Shown in pieces: positions 52,149 to 64,000 of a stretch of DNA of 64,000 nt (positions are counted from its first letter, which is position 1; each line of letters opens with the position of its first letter). The position numbers and the translations under genes were made by a program. The notes under the pieces are model-generated. The model did no database searches, was not told where the DNA came from, and saw nothing but the letters and a program-made list of their open reading frames with translations. This stretch comes from Octopus vulgaris (lineage: Eukaryota), in NCBI GenBank assembly GCA_951406725.2, contig OX597817.1:49352001-49416000 (forward strand), given 5' to 3'.

Positions 52149-52570
52149 CTAGCAGCTAAGCCCGGTTTCACCCGGTCTGTTTGGATGATGCAGCTTTGTT
52201 CATTTTCGGTTAGGCATAATCTATAACAGCGTTTGTCAATCTTATCATTTCGGGTCCCCTGTTTCGATTGGAGCCTCCAGCTATGTGAAAATTTCCTGAC
52301 CTCACCCCGCCAGAAAACAGCTTCTAAGCCACTGGTTGTTTTAATGGCAGAAGAAAGAGGGAAATTCCATTAGAAAATGTTTTAATCGATTTTCTCGGTA
52401 AATGTGGGGGTTAGGAAAAATATTCCAATCTGCATTCCAACTGCATTCCAATCTATATACCTGTCCCCACATGTGTGCCATTTTTCATGCGAATCCACCC
52501 AGCCGTTTGGCTGTGAACCTCGAGACAAGAAAGAATACAATGATCGCTCATGTCCAATTTATATTATAGA
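52149..52570 (-). mobile_element. Non-autonomous Helitron-like element
   Basis: Minus strand begins TCTATAATATAAA and ends with a CCGG..CCGG hairpin ~10 nt before CTAG|T. Confidence 0.65.
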
Positions 52571-53190
52571 CAATGTAAAAACAATACAACTCAAATGTAC
52601 CTAGATACTAAAGCGTTTGGTCAAATTGCTAGAACTACAGCTGCTAACTATATTCATTATCTTTGAAGGAGGCCATTCTGTGAGCCCACCCCCCGTCACC
52701 ACCCACGCCCAACTCTTTTTCTTATTCTTTGCCTGGGGCTGTCGTCCAATTTTCGTTATTGATCTTTTGGAAGGTGTTAAACGTTTGTTTCGAACATGTT
52801 GACTCTGCGAAACCCTTTTCAAAACCAGCAAACAATTTGGGATTCTTTCTCCCTTTACCTACAGACACACACACACACACACACACACTCCCGCTCAGGC
52901 ATCTGTTTTTCTTTCTCACTCTATTTTCGTATGTATGTGTGTTTATGTGTGTTTGTGTGTGTGTCTTTTGCATTTGTCCACCACGCACACTGATCTGATT
53001 GATAACCGGTGATGGTTTGTTTGCGTCCTTGTAATTAATCGTGTCGGTAAAAGAACCGATAGAATACATATGATGTTTAAAAGATATGTAGTGGCGTGGA
53101 GTGGAGTGGAATCTGCCTCAGCACGGCTGCAGTCCAATGACTGAAACAATTGAGAGATAAAGATAACAGGTTTTCCCCTTTTGCCTCATG

Positions 53191-53259
<69 letters not shown>

Positions 53260-53813
53260 ACACACGCACTCAATCACACACACACACACACACACTCATC
53301 GCTCTCTCAAATCTTTTTCCACTTCCTTTCTTATCTCCCAATCTTACTTCTCCCATACCCTGTTTTACTCTTTACTTTCCTCTCTGATCTGTTTATCCTC
53401 TCTTCTGTATCTTTTACCCTCTCTCTCATACTCCTTTCATTATTTTTCCCGTTCCCTATCATAACTATCTCTATCTCTCTACCCCTCACTACAATTATGC
53501 TTCTTTCTCCTATCCTCCGTCGTCCTCTGCATTCACGCACCATCTCTTACTTTCCCCGTTCCACTAAATTGTCCACGTCAATCCATTTGGATCTCCTAGC
53601 ATCTAATTTATTACTTACACCTCACTATCCCAACCACATGAACCGCACGCATCAACTCGCATTCACATAAACATATGCGCAATTTGTACATGCATACATA
53701 CGTATATATATATACACGTATACATGCATACGTATACACACACGTACATATTAATAACACGTACATATTAATATATATACACGTATACATGCATACGTAT
53801 ACACACACGTACA

Positions 53814-54233
53814 TCTTAATAACAAAGGCAGTTAGTCGAGGGTCACGTTACGTGTTCTGGTTAGTTATGTGAGTGGTGTGGTAGATGTACGTCACCTCTC
53901 CCTCTCTCAATGCCTCTCTATCACTCTCCCTTTGTGTATATGTGTACATATGTAACCTGTGTGTATGAGTACATTCGCATAGACAAACAAACAGAGCCCT
54001 TACTCATACATACATAGACATACACACAAACAACACTTACATACGCACTCATATGCTCACACATACGTGGACATAAACACATACACACGAACTCATGCAT
54101 GCACACATACACACACTTTAACATTTGATGTTTTCACTTAATCTTTTCCGTTTATTTGTCTTAATAACAAAGGCAGTTAGTCGAGGGTCACGTTACGTGT
54201 TCTGGTTAGTTGTGTGTGTGGTGTGGTAGGTGT
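53814..54233 (+). repeat. ~75-bp direct repeat (53814-53888 / 54159-54233), possibly two Helitron 5' ends
   Basis: TCTTAATAACAAAGGCAGTTAGTCGAGGGTCACG.. occurs twice, 345 bp apart. Confidence 0.6.
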
Positions 54234-54513
54234 CGCTGGTATCGGTGTGGTCACCAATTTACCTATAATACCATTCCATGAGCACACATATACATACCCA
54301 TGCATCTCTCTCTCTCTTTCTCTTGCTATATATATATATATATATATATATACATACACACACAAACACATACATACATTCATACATACATACATACATA
54401 CATACATACAGACATACATACATACATACATACATACATACATACATACAGACAGACAGACAGACAGACAGATAGATATATAGCTAGATAGATAGATAGA
54501 TAGATAGATAGAC

Positions 54514-54577
<64 letters not shown>

Positions 54578-54763
54578 CAGTTACAGGATTCGTTAGAAAC
54601 TAGGCATATCAACAAGAAGGATGCCACAAATGGCTGGGTACTTCGTATTGAGCTCACAATAAGGCAACAAAACCCTTAGTTGTCATTTATTGGCGGTGTG
54701 CTGTATGAATGAACCCACACACGCGTGCGTACACACATTTGTGTGTGTGTGTGTGTGTGTGTG

Positions 54764-55113
54764 TGTAGGCACACAGGCCCAGTACTTAGGGCAACGGACT
54801 CGCGGTTTCGATTCCCAGACTGGGCGTTGTGAGTGTTTATTGAGCGGAAACACCTAAAGCTCCACGAGCCTCTGGCAGGGGGTAGTGGAAAACCCTGCTA
54901 TACTCTTTCGCCACAACTTTCTCTCACTCTTTCTTCCTGTTTCTGTTGTACCTGTATTTCAAACGGCCAGCCTTGTCACACACTGTGTCACACTGAATTT
55001 CCACGAGAAGTACGTTAAGGGTACACATGTCTGTGGAGTGCTCAGCCACTTACAAGCTGTTCCGTAGATTGGATCAACTGGAACCCTCGTTGTCGTAACC
55101 CACAGAGTGCCAC
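54764..55113 (+). mobile_element. SINE family C3
   Basis: Homologous to 47884-48260. Confidence 0.8.
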
Positions 55114-55884
55114 GATATATATATATATATACACACACATACATACATACATATATAAATAGATAGATAGATAGATAGATATACATACATACATACATAC
55201 ATACACAAATGCAGATATACACATAAATACCTAATCCAGTATGAACACTAGATTCGACCCATGGTTGATTCCAGCTGTGGCGTATACAAGTGGGGTTCAA
55301 AATTCACAATAGCTGTTTCAGCTATCATCTGATAAATTTTAAATACAAAGCAGATAAGGTAGAAACAGTAGATGGCGTGTTCAGTAACAACTATAATGAA
55401 TAACAAGTTGTTCACCGTGGTAGTTGCTGAACTGTTCATGATTGTTTACTAGAAATACGAGGCAGGTGGGGGGAGGAGTGAGAGTATCCACAGACTTATG
55501 GAAATACTTGCAACACTCCATAAACTCCGTTGTACTCGCTCAACGAGCGTGTAGCGATGGTGTTAACCTGAGCAACGGATTGAGTCTACCACACAGATGT
55601 GCTACGGTAGAATCCGAAATCAGAATGCAAAGAACGGAAGCATATGCTGCAAGGCATGAGGCATTCCGTCGGACGCTCTAACAATTCTACTAGTCCATCG
55701 CCCATGACAGGGACTTTTATTTTCAACTCCAGAAGGGTAAGAGAAATAGTTGATTGATCTCGACGGGATTTGAACTGGAAATGCAAGAAGCTAAATTAAA
55801 AATTTAATGTTGCAAGGCATTTCGACTGATGCACTATCGACCGACAGTAAAAGTTGCAGCTCTTATTACCGATATAAGAGTTAC

Positions 55885-56175
55885 AGGCGTGTCTGAGTGG
55901 TTGAGTACTTGCTTCCCAACCACGAGGTCTTGTGTTCAATCCCACAGTAAGGCTCCCACAGCAGGTGTGTGTGTGTGTGTGTATGTGTCTGTGTTTGTGT
56001 GGTGCTTGTCTCCTACCACCGTTTGACAACTAGACTTAATTAACGATTCGGTAAAAGAAAATGACCTATAGAATTAATACCCAGCATTGAAAAAATATTG
56101 TGATCGATACTTTTGACTAAGAAATGCTCCAGTATGTTTGCAATTCAGTCACTGAAGCAAATGAAAGACAAGCGA
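55885..56175 (+). mobile_element. SINE family A, degenerate
   Basis: Diverged head and tail motifs. Confidence 0.6.
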
Positions 56176-56194
56176 TATCATTTTATTCGTTTCA

Positions 56195-56660
56195 ACTTTT
56201 GGTACAAGCCCAGCAAGGTTATGGGGGAGGCGTGTCGCTTACATCGACGCCAGTGCTCAACTAGTACTTATTTTATCGAATCCATTAAGACGAACGGCAA
56301 AGTCGAGCTCAGCAGAATTAGAACTCAGTACTTGAAGACGGACGAAATGCGGCTTAGCATTTTGTTCGGCGCGGCAAACGATTCTGCCAGCTCACCGCTT
56401 TATATAAGAAAAAAATAAAAGATATAATTTATTTCTTTACTACCCACAAGGGGCTAAACATAGAGGGGACAAAAAAGGACAGACAAAGGGATTAAGTCGA
56501 TTACATCGACCCCAGTGTGTAACTGGTACTTATTTAATCGACCCCGAAAGGACTAAAGGCAAAGTCGACCTCGGCGGAATTTGAACTCAGAACGTAGCGG
56601 CAGAAGAAATACTGCTAAGCATTTCGTCCGGCGTGCTAACGATTCTGCCAGCTCGCTGCC
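56195..56660 (-). mobile_element. Two SINE B copies (old 56195-56400, young 56428-56660)
   Basis: Reverse-complement family B. Confidence 0.82.
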
Positions 56661-57559
56661 TATAATTGAAATGAAATACCTACTAGTGAGAATTGAACGC
56701 TGGTCACCAAGCTGTTACACTTGGTTACCTTTGTCCTGTGAAAGCGATGTGAAATGAAAAACCATTTGAAGGACCTACATGGAGAAAGATTCTGCCAGAA
56801 AAGAGGTGACAGGATATGTGTTAATTCTCATAGAATGCTGGCTGTTCTTGTCAACTTATTTATATCACCACACGTGGTTGTTGGAGATAAAGATACTTGA
56901 AACAACAACAGCAAGAACACTATCCACAACAACAACAACAGCTATAACGGCGATAATGACGGAAGGGCATCAACACCAACAACAACAATAACAAGAGCAA
57001 GTGAGACGCGAGATACATGAAAGTAGCAGTATGTAGATAGAATTACCAGAGACTGTGGTCCAATTTAAACGGAGTAGAGAATATTTAGGAAAGTTGGTTG
57101 TATTGGGGGAGTTTGAGAGTAAATGGGAAAGAAGATGAAAGAAAGGCAAGGGAATGAATGAAAGAAGGAAAGAAAGAAATGAAAGGAAGTGGGAATGGAT
57201 GAATGAATAAATGAAGAATACAATGCAAGAAGAACGAAGGAAGGAAAGAGTGAATTTAAGTTTATAAAATGAATGAAAATGGGAACGAAGGAACAAGAAG
57301 AGAAAGAATGAACGGATGAATGAATTAATGAAAACAAGAAAGAAGGAAGGTAGGAAGGAAAGAATAAAGGAAGGAAGGAAAGAAAGAAGAAAAGAAAGGA
57401 AGAGTGATTTTTAAAATTTAAAGCGAATGAAAGATTAAAAGAAAGAATCAATTAACTAATTAATCAATTAATGAAAAAAAGAACGAAAGAATGAAAGAAA
57501 GAAGGAAAGAGAGAATGACTCACTAGAAAAGAATGAAAAGTGAATGAAAGCTTAAAAGA

Positions 57560-57619
57560 AAGAAACACAGACACACAAGCATATACACTCACACATATAT
57601 ACGTCGGGCTTCTTTCAGT

Positions 57620-57685
<66 letters not shown>

Positions 57686-57902
57686 TGTGTGTCTGTGTTT
57701 CTTTCTTTTAATCTTTCGTTCACGTATATACATATATATGACGGGATTCTTTCAGTTTCCATCTACCAAATCCACTCACAAGGCTTTGGTCGGCCCGAGG
57801 CTATAGTAGAAGACACTTGTCCAAGGTGCCATGTAGTGGGAAAGAACACGGAATCCTGTGGTTGGTAAGCAAGCTATTTACCACACAGCTACTCCTGCGC
57901 CT
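57560..57902 (-). mobile_element. SINE A 5' part with an internal rearrangement
   Basis: Family A head; the GGGCTTCTTTCAGTT segment is duplicated. Confidence 0.75.
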
Positions 57903-58830
57903 TGTAATTAATTGCCAGAATTAGATATGATTTTTTTTTATATTTGGTACAATTGACGTAACTAATTCTTCTTCAGCTTTGTATTTCTTCAAAAATAAAA
58001 CACCCAACAAATATGAATGAATATGGAAGTCAACATACCTTAGCAGGCGCTGGATTGAAGTCATAACTTCGAAAAATGTTTTACTCATATGCCTGAAGAA
58101 AACAGCGCTGCAAGTATTTAGGCAATCTTTATATTTCAAGAAGAGGTTTAATCAGAGATGTCAAGGAACGCTCTTATAGCGAAAAGTGACTATGTCGTAG
58201 CGAATACAAATTAGTTTTGGGATTGAAATGTATATTTGAAATCTTCAAATTTGAAAGCCACACTCTGATTAAAAAACGTATCAAAATTAGAATTTTAAAG
58301 AACTTTCTAAACAGTGTAGACTTCAATAATTGCTTTCTTCTAGTAAAAGTTATATACAGATAACTAATTAATAAGCACCTTTCTTTATTATAGTATAGAT
58401 ATATGTTTATATGCATGTAGATTGTGTTTTATGATGGATTGTACTGTAAGCAACAATAATCCATTATATCCAGGGTGTTTCTGAATGAAATCTGCTGTTT
58501 ATTGCCACAGCTGATGTGCATATCTTGTTGCTTGTCCTTTGTCATTGCAGAGAATAAGTTTTAGAATTAACGAGAATTGCCTCAGCAATCTTACGTCTAT
58601 CTCTGACATGTTATAATATTACTGTGTTGTTCAGCTGCAGCTGGCTGTATCAATGGGATTTGCTACTGTAAACAATAGGAGCAACACACACACACACACA
58701 CACATACAAATACATGTATGTGTACTCATAATTATGTATGGACGAATGTATGTCTGTACACGTACACACACACAATTATATATATGTGTGTGTATATACA
58801 CATATATATGTATATTTATATATACAAATA

Positions 58831-58997
<167 letters not shown>

Positions 58998-59169
58998 CTA
59001 TAAGATAACAAGTCCTTGCCTTACAACCCTAATATGAACATATTGTCATTGTTTAAGCCCCAGTCAATAAAAGAATGATTCAGCAATCCTACGTATCGTA
59101 TAGGATGTTCCCACGACGGTATTTCCGTAGCTTTTCGACTGCGTACATCTAGCACTATCTTTTTTATCT

Positions 59170-59369
59170 TATCTTTTACTCGTTTCATTCTGCATCGATG
59201 TTTGTGCACCACCTTGAAAAGTTTAATCAGATGAGTCAGCACCAAAGCAAACATTTTCTGCTATGTCTGCTACCTATTCTATTGATGTCATTTGCAGAGC
59301 CGCTATGTTACGGGAACGTAAGCACACCAACATCGGTTGTCAAGCGAAGGTGGGGGACAAACAGACACA

Positions 59370-59411
<42 letters not shown>

Positions 59412-59558
59412 CATATATATATATATATACGACGGGCTTCTTTCAGTTTCCGTCTACCAAATCCACTCACAAGGCTTTGATCAGCCCGAGGCTACAGTAG
59501 ATAGGCGCAGGAGTGGCTGTGTGGTAAGTAGCTTGCTTCCCAACCACATGGTTCCAGG
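59170..59558 (-). mobile_element. SINE A (minus) ending in an inverted plus-strand head (59504-59558)
   Basis: The minus body stops at GGCTACAGTAGA, followed by plus GGCGCAGGAGTGGCTGTGTGGTAAG. Confidence 0.75.
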
Positions 59559-59828
59559 TACGAAAAATTAATGAAGTAATGTATTATTAATTTTTCGTAT
59601 TTTTATTCGTATTTTTATCGTAGTTTTTATTCGATTTATTCGCATGTTTTTATTCGGACTTTTTAGTCGTATTTCATATCCGTTTTTATTCCTTAAATTT
59701 TTATGTCTTAAATTTATAAGGTTCATGAATTTATTTATTTACTTATTTATACTTATATATTTGTAATTAATTTTGACAAACATAGTGATATATACGGAGT
59801 AGTTATATTTATAAACGTGGGGAAAGTA

Positions 59829-59924
59829 GACCTGACGATTGGGAGTGCATAAACATAATGAGTTTTTGAATGAGACTTTATGTCTTAACAATTCCATACG
59901 CACCCTCATGAAACACGTGTAGTC
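59829..59924 (+). ncRNA. Type-I hammerhead with canonical core and a ~50-nt loop II (PLE-like remnant)
   Basis: gac-CTGACGA-t.tgggagtgc..gcaccctca.t-GAAA-cacgtg-TA-gtc. Confidence 0.65.
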
Positions 59925-60157
59925 CGTAATATGGAAAATTTGGGGATTATGAATAGAAATAGTAAGTATAATATTTAATATTTTATGGCTTAGTTGAGTT
60001 AACACCGTTCGGAGTTGATGATGTTGTGGGTGGTTTTATCTCTAACACTATTTTGAGATATAGGAATCAATTATTGGGAGTAATTCAATTTGATATTTTT
60101 AAGTTGAATCCCTTATTCCTGTGGCATTGGAACTGATTTTCCTTAATTATTATTATA

Positions 60158-60217
<60 letters not shown>

Positions 60218-61130
60218 GCACACACACACATGCACACATACGCGTGTAGTGTCGTCTGTTGAAAGAAAGATTACTCCTTAATATAATACAGATTAGTAGT
60301 GTCTAGTTAGTCGAAGATTCTGCCTACCCACAGAGCCTGACTCGACCAACATACAGTTATACCGTCGCAGAATAGTATTGGGGAAAGAGTTATGTCTTCG
60401 ATTTTGTTCCATAATAAATATTATCTGTTTTTAGATTTATTAATAAAAGTAATAGGTAACAGCTCTCATGTGAGACGAAGTAGGAATTTCATAACATAGA
60501 ATATAGTTTTCAAAGATGTCCTACATCTGCACCTTTGGCACCACCTATGTAAGTTTACACCGTCTCAAGAATCAAACGCTTCAGAGAAAAGAAATTCTCT
60601 TTCAAAAGAAATAATGCAACTTTAGTCTCCATAAACCTCCCAAGATCTTATTGTCTTCAAAATTACCGGGGATCTTTCAATGGTACACTTACGTTATATA
60701 TACACAATTACATAAATACAGCCGTACACAACGCACCACACACACACATAGTTTAGATAGATGTTATTCACATATATATATATATATATATATATATTTG
60801 AATGAGTGTGTTTGTGTGTCTGTATTTTGTTATATAATTCCCTGCTACATAAAAGTGATGGGCGGAACAAAGAAATTTTGTTTCTTGTGTTAGGAATTTA
60901 AAAGAAACGCGATCTTAACTAATACAAATGGAATTCTTTGATTTACGTCTATTGATATAGAATCTGAAAAATAAAGAATATATATTCTTTCTCCCCAGAG
61001 AACATCAATAGTGGCAATAACATTCATTTTAATATTTTGTACTAAATCTCATCGGTATACCGAGGGACTTTACCGGAAACTATACTGTATATACCGTATG
61101 TATAAGTGTGTTTGTGTAGATGGGGCTTAA

Positions 61131-61172
<42 letters not shown>

Positions 61173-61964
61173 TATAACAATAATAACGTGGATTTCTAAA
61201 ATTTCTTTCAGCATACAATAGCACTTCTATTTATTGTTAATGGATACAATGACCAGGCATATTTGCACTGGTTCACTACTTTATATCGAATCCGGAGAGG
61301 ATGAGCTTGGATTACATCCTATATTTGTACAATAAAACACTGTTTTTCTTAAAGAAAACCTTAATATTTTCAACGACAGAGGAAGAAACGAAGAACCAGA
61401 TTGTGTGGCATTTAAGTTGAACTCCTAACAAATTTTAGGAGTGTAAATAGCGAACCATTTCTGTTTTAGGCGCAAGGACAGCAATTTTGAAGGAAAGGTT
61501 TACTCGATTATACCAAGTGTTTAACTAATGAATATTTTATCGGATCGAAAAGTTGACAGGCAGAACGTAAAGCCGAAAGAAATGTTGCTAAGCATTTTTG
61601 TCCGGCGCGATAACGTTTTTACCCGCTCACCGATTTTAAGCGTGTAAACAATAGAAAATGCTTTCCTAAATTTTTCACTTCCTGCAAAAGTGATCTTCAA
61701 AGCCCCGTATCAATCACGTGCACAAACTCCAGATCTGTACTGGCCGATCATAAGAGTAGGCACAATCCACCATCATGCCCTGTTACTTGATGACCAGCAT
61801 TTTCTAATTAAAATGGCTGACTGATGTAACAGTCATAGCATCGCATGTGGAAACTTCTGCTTTCACCCATTACATACACACACGCACGCACACACACACA
61901 CACACTTACAACAGTGTGTATATGTGTGTGTGCATGTATATATGTATGTGTACGCACACATATA

Positions 61965-62188
61965 TATTTCTTTACTACCCACAGGGGGCTAAACACAGAC
62001 GGGACAAAGAAGGACAGACAAACGGATTAAGTCGATTATATCGACCCCAGTGCGTACCTGGTACTTAATTTATCGACCCTGAAAGGATGAAAGGCAAAGT
62101 TGACCTCGGCGGAATTTGAACGTAACGGCAGACGAAATACGGCTACGCATTTCGCCCGACGTGCTAACGTTTCTGCCAGCTCACCGCC
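61965..62188 (-). mobile_element. SINE family B
   Basis: Reverse-complement family B. Confidence 0.85.
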
Positions 62189-62246
62189 TTTATATATGTG
62201 TACATGGATATGGATGTGTGTGTATATATAAAATAAATATACAAAT

Positions 62247-62418
62247 GTAGGAGTGGCTGTGTGGTAAGTAGCTTGCTTACAAACCACATGGCTCCGGGTT
62301 CAGTCCCACTGCATGGCACCTTGGGCAAATGTCTTCTTCTATAGCCTCGGGCCGACCAAAGCCTTGTGAGTGGATATGGTAGACGGAAACTGAAAGAAGT
62401 CCATCGTATATATGTATG

Positions 62419-62461
<43 letters not shown>

Positions 62462-62658
62462 TTGTCTCCCCAACATCGCTTGACACCCGATGCTGGTGGT
62501 TTACGTCCCCGTAACTGAACGGTTCGACAAAAGAAACTGACAGAATAAGTACTAGGCTTACAAAGAATAAGTCCTGGGGTCCATTTGCTCGACTAAAGGC
62601 GGTGCTCCAGCATGGCCACAGTCAAATGACTGAAACAAGTAAAAGGGTAAAAGAGTAA
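62247..62658 (+). mobile_element. SINE family A
   Basis: Family A head to tail. Confidence 0.88.
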
Positions 62659-63016
62659 ATGTAAACGAAAGAATATATAAAAAAGAAAAACAACAAAATG
62701 ACAAGATAAGTTCAAACTCAATGCTATGTTCCTTGTCTTTCCTTGAATGATGGAAATAGGGGGAAATAAATGAGGAGAAAAGGAGAAACTTGAAAAAGAA
62801 GGGAGAAGCACGAAAAAGAAAAGAAGATTAAAAAGAGCAATCTTAAGAGAAGCCGTGTGGTATTGATCCTCGTATTTTGCTGCTGACGGACCAAAAGTAA
62901 GAAGAGACTAAACGGGGACATTTCGGGCAAAAGACTGAATGTTCAGGCTTGCGTTGATATATTGGTATATTTAAACTGAATTACTTTCATAAATATTTGT
63001 CACAGAAATACATAAA

Positions 63017-63258
63017 AAGGATATTCTGTTGTATCTGGAGAGCGTCATTTTCTCTTCTTGTGCCAGTAAAATTTCCCCTTATTTCTTATTTTTATATTCA
63101 TAAAATTTTCATTGTCAGGCTATTGAAAAGGTTACAAGACGCAACGAAAATTTTAGGAAAATAAAAATAAGAAATAAGTAGAAATTTTACCGGTGAGTGT
63201 GTTACATTAGAAGGCACAAAAAGAAAATGACTCTCCCCAGACACAACAGAATATGCTT
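63017..63258. mobile_element. Penelope-like fold-back (arms ~63017-63110 / 63146-63258) with a decayed hammerhead at the apex
   Basis: cta-TTGAAAA-g.gttac.aagac.gcaac-GAAA-at-tt-tag at 63120-63156; arms diverged with a ~20-bp indel. Confidence 0.65.
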
Positions 63259-63470
63259 CAACACACGAACTCATATAAAGAATCTTGCAAACCAAATCCC
63301 AAAACGAAACATAAAAAGGAGTTAAGATAGTAGCGAGAATCTGTGAAGGATCATGTGTTGGGCTCTGTCACACCTTTTAACATAATATTAAAAAATACAG
63401 CCATGAATCGAAACTGATGGCTTTGCGTAACACAACAAACAAATATTTGGTTTAGAGGAGCGGGTCTCCA

Positions 63471-63513
<43 letters not shown>

Positions 63514-64000
63514 TTTGTTTAACCAATGAACCGATTTGGCTCCTCTTTTACTTTGGTAGACCCCACAGACATTCGATGTTTTAAAAATTCTATTGCGTTT
63601 TTTTACAATTTAATATTGTTATTCCAGGCCTTGTTCCTAAAGTAGAAAAAGATATTTAACTATTATTAGGAAGTACTCTTTTACTTGTTTCAATCATTTG
63701 ACTGTGGCCATGCTGGAGCACAGGACATTTTCCTTGCATCCACGTGACATATAATACACATTCCCATTTTCCCCACCAGTGTAACTAGGGATTAAAGAAA
63801 GGACGGCTTTATATCGTTCAGAATACATGAAGCAAGGGCTAACGAAAACCTGAAAATAAGGACGGCTGTTTTGGTCAAACTTATGAAAATGCTTTGGACA
63901 ACCGAAGGGTTAAGTGATTTAACAACAATCTACCACAGTTGTTCTCATTTTTCCTGTAACAGTCATTTCAACTACAGACTATCCTTCTCTCTTTCTTTAT

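Overview
This is AT-rich, repeat-dense animal DNA, intronic or intergenic. The SINE families and the extreme (TA)n/(TG)n/(TACA)n/(GATA)n load point to an octopus or other coleoid cephalopod (inference). No host protein-coding gene can be firmly supported, and almost all ORF-track entries are microsatellite or SINE artefacts. Recognisable content: dozens of tRNA-derived SINEs in three modular groups (called A, B and C here), four mariner relics, one Tc1/mariner relic, RTE and Tx1/L1-type LINE 3' fragments, hAT-like and Merlin-like MITEs, Helitron-like elements, and a candidate promoter near 10 kb. The most interesting layer is non-coding RNA structure. At least nine Penelope-like (PLE) remnants carry complete, partial or decayed minimal type-I hammerhead ribozyme motifs. 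Many have the variant UUGANAA core and a palindromic stem III, and most lie at the apex of long fold-back inverted repeats. A nearly perfect 3.25-copy 849-bp tandem array (49133-51890) contains, on the minus strand of every unit, all hammerhead parts in a reversed, pseudoknotted strand order. This candidate permuted hammerhead in a retrozyme-like element needs experimental testing. All structures were paired by eye, and boundaries of decayed repeats are approximate.
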